Positions 46,921 to 59,168 of a DNA stretch of 64,000 bases are shown one piece after another (within the stretch, counting starts at the first letter, position 1; the number at the start of each line of letters is the position of its first letter). Origin of the DNA: Macrostomum lignano (taxonomy: Eukaryota); NCBI GenBank assembly GCA_002269645.1, contig NIVC01002792.1, forward strand, positions 136,603 through 200,602. The letters are read 5' to 3'. The position numbers were made by a program, and so were the translations under genes. The notes beneath the pieces were generated by a model, which was not told the origin of the DNA, ran no database searches, and saw nothing but the letters and a program-made list of their open reading frames with translations.

Positions 46921-49900
46921 ATGCCGCTGGGATATCCAGCTGGTGCTGTGGGAGTTTTCAACGGCGGCTGGGCAACTCTGCTGCTCCTGATGGCCACGCT
47001 GCCAGCTGGTGAGTAATTTCACTTTGAGTCGATTCTCGCTGTTCAAGTAAATTCTCACATTTGCGTCCGCCGCTTGCAGCCCTCAGCGTCTGGAAGGACA
47101 AAAACTGGAATGATCAGCTGGACGACTGGTGGCACTACAGGACTGGCATCATCGGGGGTGAGTCTTGCCCTATTAGGCCATTAGACTACTTCTAGTGATA
47201 ACAGTTTCACCATATTAGGCAATTAGACTACATGTATTTCAACTGATAGCAGTCTTGCCCTATTAAGTCTCCTTCTATTAGGCAATTAGACTTTTTCAAC
47301 TGATAAAAGTCTTCTTGTATTAGGCAATCAGACTATTTCAATTGATTAAAGTCTCCTTCTATTAGGCAATTAGACTATTTCAACTGATAAAAGTCTCCTT
47401 CTATTAGGCAATTAGACTTTTTCAACTGATAAAAGTCTTCTTGTATTAGGCAATCAGACTATTTCAATTGATTAAAGTCTCCTTCTATTAGGCAATTAGA
47501 CTATTTCAACTGATAAAAGTCTCCTTCTATTAGGCAATTAGACTTTTTCAACTGATAAAAGTCTTCTTGTATTAGGCAATCAGACTATTTCAATTGATTA
47601 AAGTCTCCTTCTGTTAGGCAATTAGACTTTTTCAACTGATAAAAGTCTCCTTCTATTAGGCAATCAGACTATTTCAATTGATTAAAGTCTCCTTCTATTA
47701 GGCAATCAGACTATTTCAATTGATTAAAGTCTCCTTCTATTAGGCAATCAGACTATTTCAATTGATTAAAGTCTCCTTCTATTAGGCAATTAGACTATTT
47801 AAACTGATAGCAGTCTTGCCCTATTAGGCAATTAGACTATTTCAACTGATAAAAGTCTCCTTCTATTAGGCAATTAGACTATTTAAACTGATAGCAGTCT
47901 TGCCCTATTAGGCAATTAGACTATTTCAACTAATAAAAGTCTCCTTCTATTAGGCAATTAGACTATTTCAACTGATAGCAGTCTTGCCCTATTAGGCAAT
48001 TAGACTAATACAACTGATAGCAGTATTTCCCTATTAGGTCATTAGAGCATTTAAACTCTCTTATTAGGCATTATTAGCCTCACATCCATAGTAACTGCTA
48101 GCTTTGCGAGTAAAATGAAATTATGAAATTTGCACTCACTGGTTTCTGGAGCTGACAAGAGCACAAATGTACAAAACTGCTCACTCGCCCAGCTGCAGTG
48201 CCAATACGATCGATTCTGCAATCGAGGCCACCCGAGGTGCGAGTTCGGGGAGAAATTCGGGGGGGGGCACCCCAGGACACAAATATGGGAATAAAAACAC
48301 TGAGATATCCTGAGCACAGATTCCCAGCTCACCCATGACTGCCCGGTGCGGCCAGCATTCATCGCCAATAAGTATAATTTTCCCTGCTCATGCAGAATCC
48401 CCCACTTGTCCCAGCCATTGATTTGAGACCTGCTCAGATCTGCCTTGGCTCCGTCCGCGCCTCCTTCATCCCTTACAGCCTCTCGAACTCTCCCAGGCCG
48501 CCCCAGCTGGCCAGGAGGGTCAGTTATATAAGTTGAGGATCTGGGATTTCAAAGCTGACCAAATTTGAGGCGCCTCATCGCCTATCAGCCTCCGCGGCTC
48601 TAATTGAACTCGAATGGCCGCGGTATTCGCGCCCTGAAATCTCATTCGGCACGAGTTCCCCCACTCGCCTCCTTGATCCGCTGCCAAGAGTCTCTCCGTC
48701 TACGAGTGGCTGCGGGACTGCGATTTTCATTTTTTCCGCGATTTAATTACGAGACTTTCGAGTGGGGTTGCGGAAGTGCTGGGATCGCCGCCCGCGCATG
48801 CAGCCATAACTCTGCTGGAGATTTTTCTAATTTTCCCCAATTTCGATTCGGCAACTGTCAGCGTCTCTGGTTCGCTCTGGCACTCAAATCACTCAGTTCT
48901 AGTCACTCCGTTCTAGTCACTCCGTTCTAGTCACTCCGTTCTAGTCACTCCGTTCTAGTCACTCCGTTCTAGTCACTCCGTTCTAGTCACTCCGTTCTAG
49001 TCACTCCGTTCTAGTCACTCCGTTCTAGTCACTCCGTTCTAGTCACTCCGTTCTAGTCACTCCGTTCTAGTCACTCCGTTCTAGTCACTCCGTTCTAGTC
49101 ACTCCGTTCTAGTCACTCCGTTCTAGTCACTCCGTTCTAGTCACTCCGTTCTAGTCACTCCGTTCTAGTCACTCCGTTCTAGTCACTCCGTTCTAGTCAC
49201 TCCGTTCTAGTCACTCCGTTCTAGTCACTCCGTTCTAGTCACTCCCTTCTTAGTCACTCCCTTTTAGTCACTCCGTTCTTAATCACTCCCTTCTAGTCAC
49301 TCCCTTCTAGTCACTCCCTTCTAGTCACTCCCTTCTAGTCACTCCCTTCTAGTCCCTGCCATCTAGTCACCTTATTTTTCGACACTTTGTTCTAATCGTT
49401 CCATTCTCGTTAACCTATTCTATTCACCCACATTTCTGTTCCTCTTTTCTTGTCACTATTCGATTATGCTGTCAATCTACGACGCTGCAATCACTCTATC
49501 CTAGTCACTCCATTCTACTTACTCAACTCTAACCCTACTTTTCCGGTCACTATTCTCGTCACCCTACTCTAGTCACCCTACTCTAGTCACCCTACTCTAG
49601 TCACCCTACTCTAGTCACCCTACTCTAGTCACCCTACTCTAGTCACCCTACTCTAGTCACCCTACTCTAGTCACCCTACTCTAGTCACCCTACTCTAGTC
49701 ACCCTACTCTAGTCACCCTACTCTAGTCTACTCTAGTCACTCTACTCTAGTCACCCTACTCTAGTCACTCTACTCTAAGTCACCCTACTCTCCGCAGGCC
49801 CGGAGCAGTGGGGCCGCAAGGCCTACATGACCTACAATCTGTGGCAGATCTGCCATCGAGGCAGGCACCAATCGCCCATAAACATATCGACTGCTAACCT

Positions 49901-52900
49901 GGTCTACGACTCGAACCTGGGACCTCTGACCCTGACCGGAGCTGATGAAGCGGTAAGGAGAATCGAAGCTTCGTTGGTTAGTTGATCAACTCACGAAGCA
50001 CCCATTCCCATTGAACACTGTGGGTCAGCACGCATTCCCATTGAACACTGTGGGTCAGCACGCATTCCCATTGAACACTGTGGGTCAGCACGCATTCCCA
50101 TTGAACACTGTGGGTCAGCACGCATTCCCATTGAACACTGTGGGTCAGCACCCATTCCCATTGAACACTGTGGGTCAGCACGCATTCCCATTGAACACTG
50201 TGGGTCAGCACCCATTCCCATTGAACACTGTGGGTCAGCACGCATTCCCATTGAACACTGTGGGTCAGCACGCATTCCCATTGAACACTGTGGGTCAGCA
50301 CGCATTCCCATTGAACACTGTGGGTCAGCACGCATTCCCATTGAACACTGTGGGTCAGCACGCATTCCCATTGAACACTGTGGGTCAGCACGCATTCCCA
50401 TTGAACACTGTGGGTCAGCACGCATTCCCATTGAACACTGTGGGTCAGCACGCATTCCCATTGAACTATAGGCAGAGAACAGACTCAAGAATGACATCAG
50501 CTAGCAAAGGGCTGATGTGCTCTATAAATATTCTTATTTGATCTTAGCGCTACAGAGAGACTCCAGTCAAAAGGGTATTGACTTTCCCAGCTTCAAGGTA
50601 ACTCTGCAGCTCTGCCGCGCTACCTTGCTTTTGGAGTCTCTTTGACGCAAACAGCTTCTCCATTTTCCTCGTCGAAGGCGTGGCGTGGCTCTCTGCTCAA
50701 ATCGATGAAGCCTTCTCTGACTCCATCAGCGATCAGCGATGGGCGGAACCACCCGGAAGCTGAGCTCCAAGTGCTCCGATAACGACTCTGGGGGAAGATG
50801 CCGCTGCTCGCCCACACCCAGCCTCCGCAGCCTCTGTTTTACAATTCTCCATCATCTACCCAGATTCCTGCCCAGTCAAGGACCCGCGGCCCTTGTCAGC
50901 ACTGATTGGGGAGGGGGGATGAGGCTGCCAGACTCCTCCCAGATCGAGTCCGGGCAATTTTAGAGGCGAAAACTCGTGGCGGCTTTAACGAAATTTGAGT
51001 TACGGCCCGACTTATTCATTCTCCCGCCTCTAATGATTTGAAACGAGCCAGCCCAGTTGATGAAGCTGCTGCTGAGAGGCTGGGGGAGGCTGCGCAGAGC
51101 TGATGGGGCAGCTCTAGCAAGGCCGCACTTGGCACACTGAGGAGCAATGATTGACACATTCGCTGATGATCCGTGAAATGTGGATCCGGGAGTTGTGAAG
51201 TCCTCAACTGTTGCAATGAGTTTGGCGTATCATTTGGAATGGCTTTGGACAGTGGCCAGCCCATTAGAGAGGTGTGCGCACGAGAATGAGGGGGGCTGCA
51301 CGCTTGACAGGCGTGAGATTGGAGGGTGGGAAGTCAGGAAATGCAACCGGGATGATGACAAACGATGCTGGGATAGAGGATAAATTGGGAAAAGAGGAGA
51401 AGAAGAGGAGAGAGGAGATCGGAGACTAGATACAGTAAAGGAGAGAGGAGAGAGATGCGAGATATAGGAGAGGGAAGATAGGAGATAGGAGAGAGGAGAG
51501 GTGAGGGAGGAGAGGGGAGAGAGGATGGAAAGAAAGGAGAAGGAGAGAGTGGAAAGAAGAGAGGGGAGAGAGTGGGGAGAGGAGAAGGGAGAGAGGAGAA
51601 GGGAGAGAGGAGAATGGAGAGGGGAGAAGGGAGAGAGGAAAAGGGAGAGAGGAGAAGGGAGAGAGGAGAAGGGAGAGAGGAGAAGGGAGAGAGGAGAAGG
51701 GAGAGAGGAGAAGGAAGAGAGGAGAAGGGAGAGAGGAGAAGGAAGAGAGGAGAAGGGAGAGAGGAGAAGGGAGAGAGGAGAAGGGAGAGAGGAGAAGGGA
51801 GAGAGGAGAAGGGAGAGTGGAGAGAAGGGACTAGAGAATCTAAAGCAGCTGTGAGTTAAAATGACACGCACGCGCTGCACGAGTTTGCCGGGCCCAAAGC
51901 TGCCCCATTCCGGAGTCCTGCATGGTCGGCCCTCCCGGATCCGCAGATTTCCCTGTCGGTCCGCAACACGGGCCACGACATCGAGATCCGGCTGGGGTCG
52001 GAGCGGCTGGTGCTGTCGCAGGGCCCGCTCTCCTACTCCTACACCATCTTCGGCGCGTTGATCAAGTTTGGCTCCAGATCGGACCGCGGCTCCGACCACT
52101 GGATTGACTCCAGGGCCTTTCCCGGCGAGGTGGGACAGACATTTCTGCTGCTGACTCATTTCTGCTGCTGACTCATTTCTGCTCCTGACTCATTTCTGCT
52201 CCTGACTCATTTCTGCTCCTGACTCATTTCTGCTCCTGACTCATTTCTGCTCCTGACTCATTTCTGCTCATGACTCATTTCTGCTCCTGACTCATTTCTG
52301 CTCCTGACTCATTTCTGCTCATGACTCATTTCTGCTCCTGACTCATTTCTGCTCCTGACTCATTTCTGCTCCTGACTCATTTCTGCTCCTGACTCATTTC
52401 TGCTCCTGACTCATTTCTGCTCCTGACTCATTTCTGCTCCTGACTCATTTCTGCTCCTGACTCATTTCTGCTCCTGACTCATTTCTGCTCCTGACTCATT
52501 TCTGCTCCTGACTCATTTCTGCTCCTGACTGATTTCTGCTCCTGACTCATTTCTGCTCCTGACTCATTTCTGCTCCTGACTCATTTCTGCTCCTGACTCA
52601 TTTCTGCTCCTGACTCATTTCTGCTCCTGACTCATTTCTGCTCCTGACTCATTTCTGCTCCTGACTCATTTCTGCTCCTGACTGATTTCTGCTCCTGACT
52701 CATTTCTGCTCCTGACTCATTTCTGCTCCTGACTCATTTCTGCTCCTGACTCATTTCTGCTCCTGACTCATTTCTGCTCCTGACTCATTTCTGCTCCTGA
52801 CTCATTTCTGCTCCTGACTCATTTCTGCTCCTGACTCATTTCTGCTCCTGACTCATTTCTGCTCCTGACTCATTTCTGCTCCTGACTCATTTCTACTCCT

Positions 52901-55900
52901 GACCTTATCTGTCCAAATCTAGCTGACCCACACTTTGACCCACCGCAGCTCCAATTCTACGGCTACAACTCGGACCTGTATGAGAACTACACGATGGCGC
53001 TGAACTCGGCGCACGGGATCGTCGCTCTGTCAGCCTTCATGCAGGTGAGTCAGTTGCTGAGCCTGTACTGCCGCGGCCTCCAGATTCCCGGCTCTTTGCG
53101 CTATGACTCGTTTTCCAACTCTCCCACACAGTTCGGTGATGTCACCACCGTGGACATGACGGCCATCCTGACGGCTACCAAGCGAACTGTGCTCAAGGGT
53201 GAGTGATCATTCGCTGATCATTTTAATAACCCCCTCTGACCAACCACTCTCATGACCCTCTGACCGGCCACTCTTATGACCCTCTGACCGGCCACTCTTA
53301 TGACCCTCTGACCGGCCACTCTCATGACCCTCTGACCGGCCACTCTCATGACCCTCTGACCGGCCACTCTCATGACCCTCTGACCGGCCACTCTCATGAC
53401 CCTCTGACCGGCCACTCTCATGACCCTCTGACCGGCCACTCTCATGACCCTCTGACCGGCCACTCTCATGACCCTCTGACCGGCCACTCTCATGACCCTC
53501 TGACCGGCCACTCTCATGACCCTCTGACCGGCCACTCTCATGACCCTCTGACCGGCCACTCTTATGACCCTCTGACCGGCCACACTTTTGACCATTCTCA
53601 AGCCTCCCCGATGACCATTCTCAAGCCTCCCCGATGACCATTCTCAAGCCTCCCCGACGACCATTCTCAAGCCTCCCCGATGACCATTCTCAAGCCTCCC
53701 CGGTGACCATTCTCAAGCCTCCCCGACGACCATTCTCAAGCCTCCCCGATGACCATTCTCAAGCCTCCCCGATGACCATTCTCAAGCCTCCCCGGTGATC
53801 ATTCTCAAGCCTCCCCGGTGATCATTCTCAAGCCTCCCCGGTGATCATTCTCAAGCTTTCCCGGTGATCATTCTCAAACCTTCCCGGTGACCATTCTCAG
53901 GCCTCCTCTCCTGGTCATTGGAAAATGTCGTCGCCAAGAATTCCCAGCCCCTCCTCACCTCCGCTCTTCGCAGACCAGCGCACGGAAATCCACGGCATCA
54001 AAGTCCGCAGTCTGCTCCCTGAAACCTCCGAGTACATCACCTACGAGGGCTCGCTGCCCTTCCCTGGCTGTCACGAGTCCGTCACGTGGATCATCCTCAA
54101 CCTGCCTGTCACAGTGCGTACTGAAGAGGTACGCAGCTGGGGCCACGGGGCTTGGGCAAGTTTTTCCAGGCGGAGGTGGGCGAGTTGGGACATTCCACCG
54201 ATCGAGCCCGGCTGAAGCCCTTCGGTTCGAAAATCCCAGCTGGTTGTCTGGGGTTTGGAGAGATGCCGCAGCTCCGCAGCTGGTTGGAACACCTGGCCAG
54301 TCACCTGGCATCCCCCAAACTTTTCAATTGGCAAATTTCGATTGCCTTGGCCAGGAGAAGCGTGATGTCGGGTCGGGGCGCCCCTCCTTGCCGCGCGTGT
54401 TTCCTGACTGCATTCTTCAAGTTTTCTTTGCCGAGGGATGCCGCCGCAGGAGAAATGGTTCGAGACTCCCGTTTTCTAAGAACTACGAGTAAAAAAGTAC
54501 ATTTGCGCGAGATTGTCATAATAAAGCAGTGACAGTTTAATCAGGATCAGGTGGAGCAAGTCGGGCAATCTACTTTGAGTAGTCTGAATCGCGCCGACGA
54601 TTTGCACCCTGCTCAGGTATGTGAGCACTGGTGAAGCCACCCATATATTCCCCAACCCTGTCCCGCAGCTGAGCATCCTGCGCTCCCTGCGCATCTCCAG
54701 CGTGCAGACCTCGGCTTACATGGCGGACAATTTCCGGCCAACCCAACTGCTGCACCAGAGAACAGTCAGGACCAACATCCGGCTGAGGAACCGGCTCAAG
54801 GATGAGGTGAGGCTTGTCCGCCAGAGATTGAGGAACAATAGCTGTCCATTGGCGCTTATGCAGGTCTCAAGTGAGACGGAAGTAGGACTTGAGTAAAGCA
54901 CTCCGATCAGACTCAAGTAGGACTTGAGTAAAGCACTCCGATCAGACTCAAGTAGGACTTGAGTAAAGCACTCCGATCAGACTCAAGTAGGACTTGAGTA
55001 AAGCACTTCAGTGAGACTCAAGTAGGACTTGAGTAAAGCACTCCGATCAGACTCAAGTAGAACTTGAGTAAAGCACTCCAATCAGACTCAAGTAGAACTT
55101 GAGTAAAGCACTCCAATCAGACTCAAGTAGGACTTGAGTAAAGCACTTCAGTGAGACTCAAGTAGGACTTGAGTAAAGCACTCCGATCAGACTCAAGTAG
55201 AACTTGAGTAAAGCACTCCGATCAGACTCAAGTAGGACTTGAGTAAAGCACTCCGATCAGACTCAAGTAGGACTTGAGTAAAGCACTCCGATCAGACTCA
55301 AGTAGGACTTGAGTAAAGCACTCCGATCAGACTCAAGTAGGACTTGAGTAAAGCACTCCGATCAGACTCAAGTAGGACTTGAGTAAAGCACTCCGATCAG
55401 ACTCAAGTAGGACTTGAGTAAAGCACTCCGATCAGACTCAAGTAGGACTTGAGTAAAGCACTTCAGTGAGACTCAAGTAGAACTTGAGTAAAGCACTCCG
55501 ATCAGACTCAAGTAGGACTTGAGTAAAGCACTCCAATCAGACTCAAGTAGGACTCGAGTAAGGCACTCCAATTAAGACTCAAGGATGACTCAAATAAAAC
55601 ACTACAATTAGACTCAAGCCAGACTCAAGTAAAACACTCCCAGTTAGACTCAAGTAGAACTCGAATAAGACACTCCAATTAGACTCAAGTATGACTCAAG
55701 TAAAACACTCCCAGTTAGACTCAAGTAGAACTCGAATAAGACACTCCAATTAGACTCAAGTATGACTCAAGTAAAACACTCCCAGTTAGACTCAAGTAGA
55801 ACTCGAATAAGACACTCCAATTAGACTCAAGTATGACTCAAGTAAAACACTCCCAGTTAGACTCAAGTAGAACTCGAATAAGACACTCCAATTAGACTCA

Positions 55901-56099
55901 AGTATGACTCAAGTAAAACACTCCCAGTTAGACTCAAGTAGAACTCGAATAAGACACTCCAGACAGACTCCAATCAGGCTGAAGTGAGACTCAAATTCTG
56001 CAATGAATTCAAAGTTCCAACACCATCACATCACTAATTTCGAATTTCCAGGTTGACACTTGCCGTTTCGTCACTCAACACTACTTTCTGGGTGAGTAG
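46921..56099 (+). CDS. Carbonic anhydrase-related protein (CARP, CA10/CA11-like), probably secreted and acatalytic, about 335 aa
   Basis: Exons 46921-47008, 47080-47157, 49798-49952, 51947-52129, 52949-53044, 53132-53198, 53974-54128, 54669-54806 and 56052-56099 (1008 nt). Motifs GPEQWG, QSPINI, NTGH, GSDH, YITYEGSLPFPGCHESVTW, DNFRPTQ. An alternative last exon at 56184-56203 is possible. Confidence 0.92.
47205..48045. repeat. 42-bp minisatellite with three variant types, about 20 copies
   Basis: Unit CTATTAGGCAATTAGACTATTTCAACTGATAAAAGTCTCCTT and variants. Confidence 0.95.
48889..49790. repeat. Two related 14-bp minisatellites with a degenerate linker
   Basis: CTAGTCACTCCGTT (48889-49335) and CTAGTCACCCTACT (49555-49790); the second abuts the exon-3 acceptor. 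Confidence 0.95.
49997..50466. repeat. 30-bp minisatellite, about 15 copies
   Basis: Unit CATTCCCATTGAACACTGTGGGTCAGCAC[G/C]. Confidence 0.97.
51380..51830. repeat. Polypurine tract (GA-rich, 17-nt periodic core)
   Basis: The plus strand is almost entirely G/A: GAGAGGAGAAGGGAGAG. Confidence 0.95.
52140..52902. repeat. 17-bp minisatellite, about 45 copies, filling CARP intron 4
   Basis: Unit CTGACTCATTTCTGCTC; begins about 10 nt after the donor. Confidence 0.97.
53232..53900. repeat. Adjacent 24-bp (about 15 copies) and 23-bp (about 13 copies) minisatellites
   Basis: Units GACCCTCTGACCGGCCACTCTCAT and GACCATTCTCAAGCCTCCCCGAT. Confidence 0.95.
54884..55965. repeat. 35-bp minisatellite that changes into a 71-bp dimeric higher-order repeat
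   Basis: Unit GACTCAAGTAGGACTTGAGTAAAGCACTCCGATCA up to about 55560, then a 71-bp period (55631, 55702, 55773). Confidence 0.95.
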
Positions 56100-56789
56100 T
56101 ATGAGGGGGGTTTTAACTTTGATTTACTGACAAATGAATTCTGCTTGTGTACAATAAATTAGATCTAATGATTCCGATTGCAGCCCAGGTGCCAAAGTCT
56201 TGAAAGCGACCGCTCTCAAAAAGTTCGCAGCTTGAAGAAAATCTGCTCCGGGCTGTCAGACCTTCATCAACTGACTAAAACTTTCCTAGAATACGAGCTA
56301 AAGTTTGTCTCTGCAACATCCTATGCGCACAAATACACTGCAGTAGCAATGCATCTCATCAGGTCACCTGGCTCAAAACAATCTGAGCAAATGAAAACAG
56401 AATTCACATTTTGTTGTAAATGCTTTAATAAAGAACTCAAAAAACGGGATGATCAGGTTTACTCAAAGAGAAAACTGGTTCACCGGATGCCTTTGCATCA
56501 TCAGAATAAAAGTTCAAGCAAACTCAAGTGTATCACAGTAAAGATCTAGCAAAGTTCTCAAAGATTTTTTACGGAGCTCAGTAGAATTTGTGTAAAATTT
56601 GGCAGGTGTGGTGCATTGCTAAAAATTGCAAAAGGTTTTTTTAAGAAAGGACACTGAGTAAAAAAGCTACAAGTTACTGAATAAAAATAGTGCACTATTT
56701 TGGCCTTCGATTTTAAACAAAGTCACATTCAAGACCATTTCAACTGTAAAACTTTGGACACGAGTCTGTTCTGAAAGACCTCACTTAGG

Positions 56790-58333
56790 TCAGGTGACGA
56801 AGGCCTTGACTGTCGCGAGGATGCCGGTGCCGCACGTCGGGCAGCGGCTGCGGTCGGCGATGCAGGCGGAGCAGGTGCGGAAGTGGGTGCAGGGCAGCAG
56901 CACCCGGTCTCTGCAGCGCCGCGAGCACAGCACGCACCGATCGCTTGCAGGATCGACCCCGTTGACCTCGCCGTTCGAGCTCGGAGGTGCTCCTGGGGTC
57001 GACCTGACGGTGGCGACTTGCTGGACGGTCGCCGGAGCAGCTGCTGGAGCGGCGGGAGCGGCGGCTGTCGCTGTTGCTGCCGAGGCTCCAGCCGGCGCCA
57101 CCTCCGAAGGCGTCACGAGCCGCAGCAGACTGTCGACGCTGAAGTGGCCGATGACGCGGGCGGAGGCGCCGAACCGGGACTCGCAGTCGTGCAGACAGTC
57201 GATGAAGCCGCCCGGCTTGTCGGGAAGCTGGCCGCCGTTGAGCATGAAGTGTCTCGTGGCCGCGAAGACGAGGCTGCCGCGGCTGAACCCGAACGACTCC
57301 GCGCTGGCGATGACGCGGCCGAGGCGGTCGAGCTCGCGGGAGAGCCGCTGCAGCGCCCGCCGGCTCCGGTCGGAGCTCGCCGACACCAGGCGAGTCGCAT
57401 CCGCGCCGCCGACGGCTCCCAACGCGACGTCAAGCCGGCCGACGCTGCAGTCGGGACTCGCCGCCGCGTGAGCCGCCTCGGGCGACGCCGCGTCCGCGGG
57501 GACCTCCGCGCTGCAGTGGAAGCAGCGGAGGCCGCCGCCGCCGTCCGCCGAGAGGCCGGCCGCTGCTGCCGCCTCCGCAGCCTCGGGTCGCCTTCCAGCT
57601 CGGAGGTTCTGCGCGAGGCGCAGGTCGAACAGAGTCTCGGCGGGCCGTCGCGATGCCGTCACGATCAGCAGGAGGGCGCCTGAAATTCAAGATGAAATGC
57701 AAGCAATAAGCAATAAAAAATCGGGTGATTGAATTTTATGGTCGGAGCGTGCAGCGTTGCCATGGTTCTGACAAAGCTTGTCATTGTTGTTGCCAGACAC
57801 ACCCGCTAATCATGTAATGAGCCAAGTCCCATGCAGGCCTAGTTATTTTTGCACTGCAAAATGCATCATTTAAATACGAGCGTACTCTCCTTGGTGGTTA
57901 TTTTTTCGAGTTCTAAAAACTGAAAATGAAACTACGAGCGTACGAGCTTGCAAAACGGTGCAGAGTTTCAGATTTCTTATGCAGTGGACAATCATTTTTC
58001 AAAGAAGTGCAACTGAAATTTTTTAATTGCGTTCACTGCGTTTTTAGCGACTACGCTCGTAATATCGGTCTGTAGCTTGAAAAAGTGCAGCGCGGCAGCT
58101 GAGAAACTGCATGTTAAAGAAGAATTATGCAGAGACAAAAAGTCAGATTAGGGCAACACACACACAGTCACAACAATGAGTGACAGTTCTCAGTTACCAA
58201 TTACGTAAACGAGAGCTCCTGCAGCGCTCTGACTCGCCTGTTGAAGCTGCAGAATGCCGTCAGCCAGTCGATGAGACCTCGCATCGCCGAATACCGGCTG
58301 GAGCTGGTCCGATATGGCGGCCGCTGTCGACAT
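56790..58333 (-). CDS. Divergent IAP-like protein (BIR-like, UBA-like, C-terminal RING), about 341 aa
   Basis: Exon 56790-57679 plus a putative first exon 58198-58333 (phase 1). CFHC-x14-H-x6-C BIR-like site; SFGFS..LNGG UBA-like segment; CVLC..LLPCTHFRTCSAC..CPTC RING at the extreme C-terminus. Confidence 0.8.
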
Positions 58334-58667
58334 GGACTGGAGAGCTCTGAAAATAGGCGTGTGCCGCGTTGGGTGAATATCTAATGCTAGCTGAGCTATA
58401 AATAGTCGTAAAATAAATGTACACACGTGGGCGTGCTAGACTGTACAGAATTGTTCAAAAGTAAAGTGGGTGGAAGAACATTGCTATAAAAAGCAGTATA
58501 CTTAAAGACAGCTGAGGGCAGTATTTGCACACATGTACTCGCATGCTCATTAGAATGACACGGAAATTAGAATACTGAATGACAGATGTTGTTGTCATTG
58601 ACTCAGCACGTTGACTCAGTCTATTATTTTTCAAACCCTTTATTACTGTTTATTGCATTCCTCAGTC

Positions 58668-59168
58668 GTTCAGTGCGTATTAGTGGGCGCATTCCTCAGT
58701 CGTTCAGTGCGCATTAGTGGGCGTATTCCTCAGTCGTTCAGTGCGCATTAGTGGGCGCATTCCTCAGTCGTTCAGTGCGCATTAGTGGGCGTATTCCTCA
58801 GTGCGCATTAGTGGGCGTATTCCTCAGTCGTTCAGTGCGCATTAGTGGGCGTATTCCTCAGTCGTTCAGTGCGCATTAGTGGGCGTATTCCTCAGTGCGC
58901 ATTAGTGGGCGTATTCCTCAGTCGTTCAGTGCGCATTAGTGGGCGCATTCCTCAGTCGTTCAGTGCGCATTAGTGGCGTATTCCTCAGTGCGCATTAGTG
59001 GGCGTATTCCTCAGTCGTTCAGTGCGCATTAGTGGGCGTATTCCTCAGTCGTTCAGTGCGCATTAGTGGGCGTATTCCTCAGTGCGCATTAGTGGGCGTA
59101 TTCCTCAGTCGTTCAGTGCGCATTAGTGGGCGCATTCCTCAGTCGTTCAGTGCGCATTAGTGGGCGTA
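58668..59168. repeat. 34/26-bp minisatellite
   Basis: Unit ATTCCTCAGT(CGTTCAGT)GCGCATTAGTGGGCG[T/C], with an optional 8-nt block. Confidence 0.95.

Noticed and set aside
50575-51350. Short minus-strand ORFs inside CARP intron 3 (possible nested gene)
   Set aside because: No recognisable domain and no consistent chain of splice sites.
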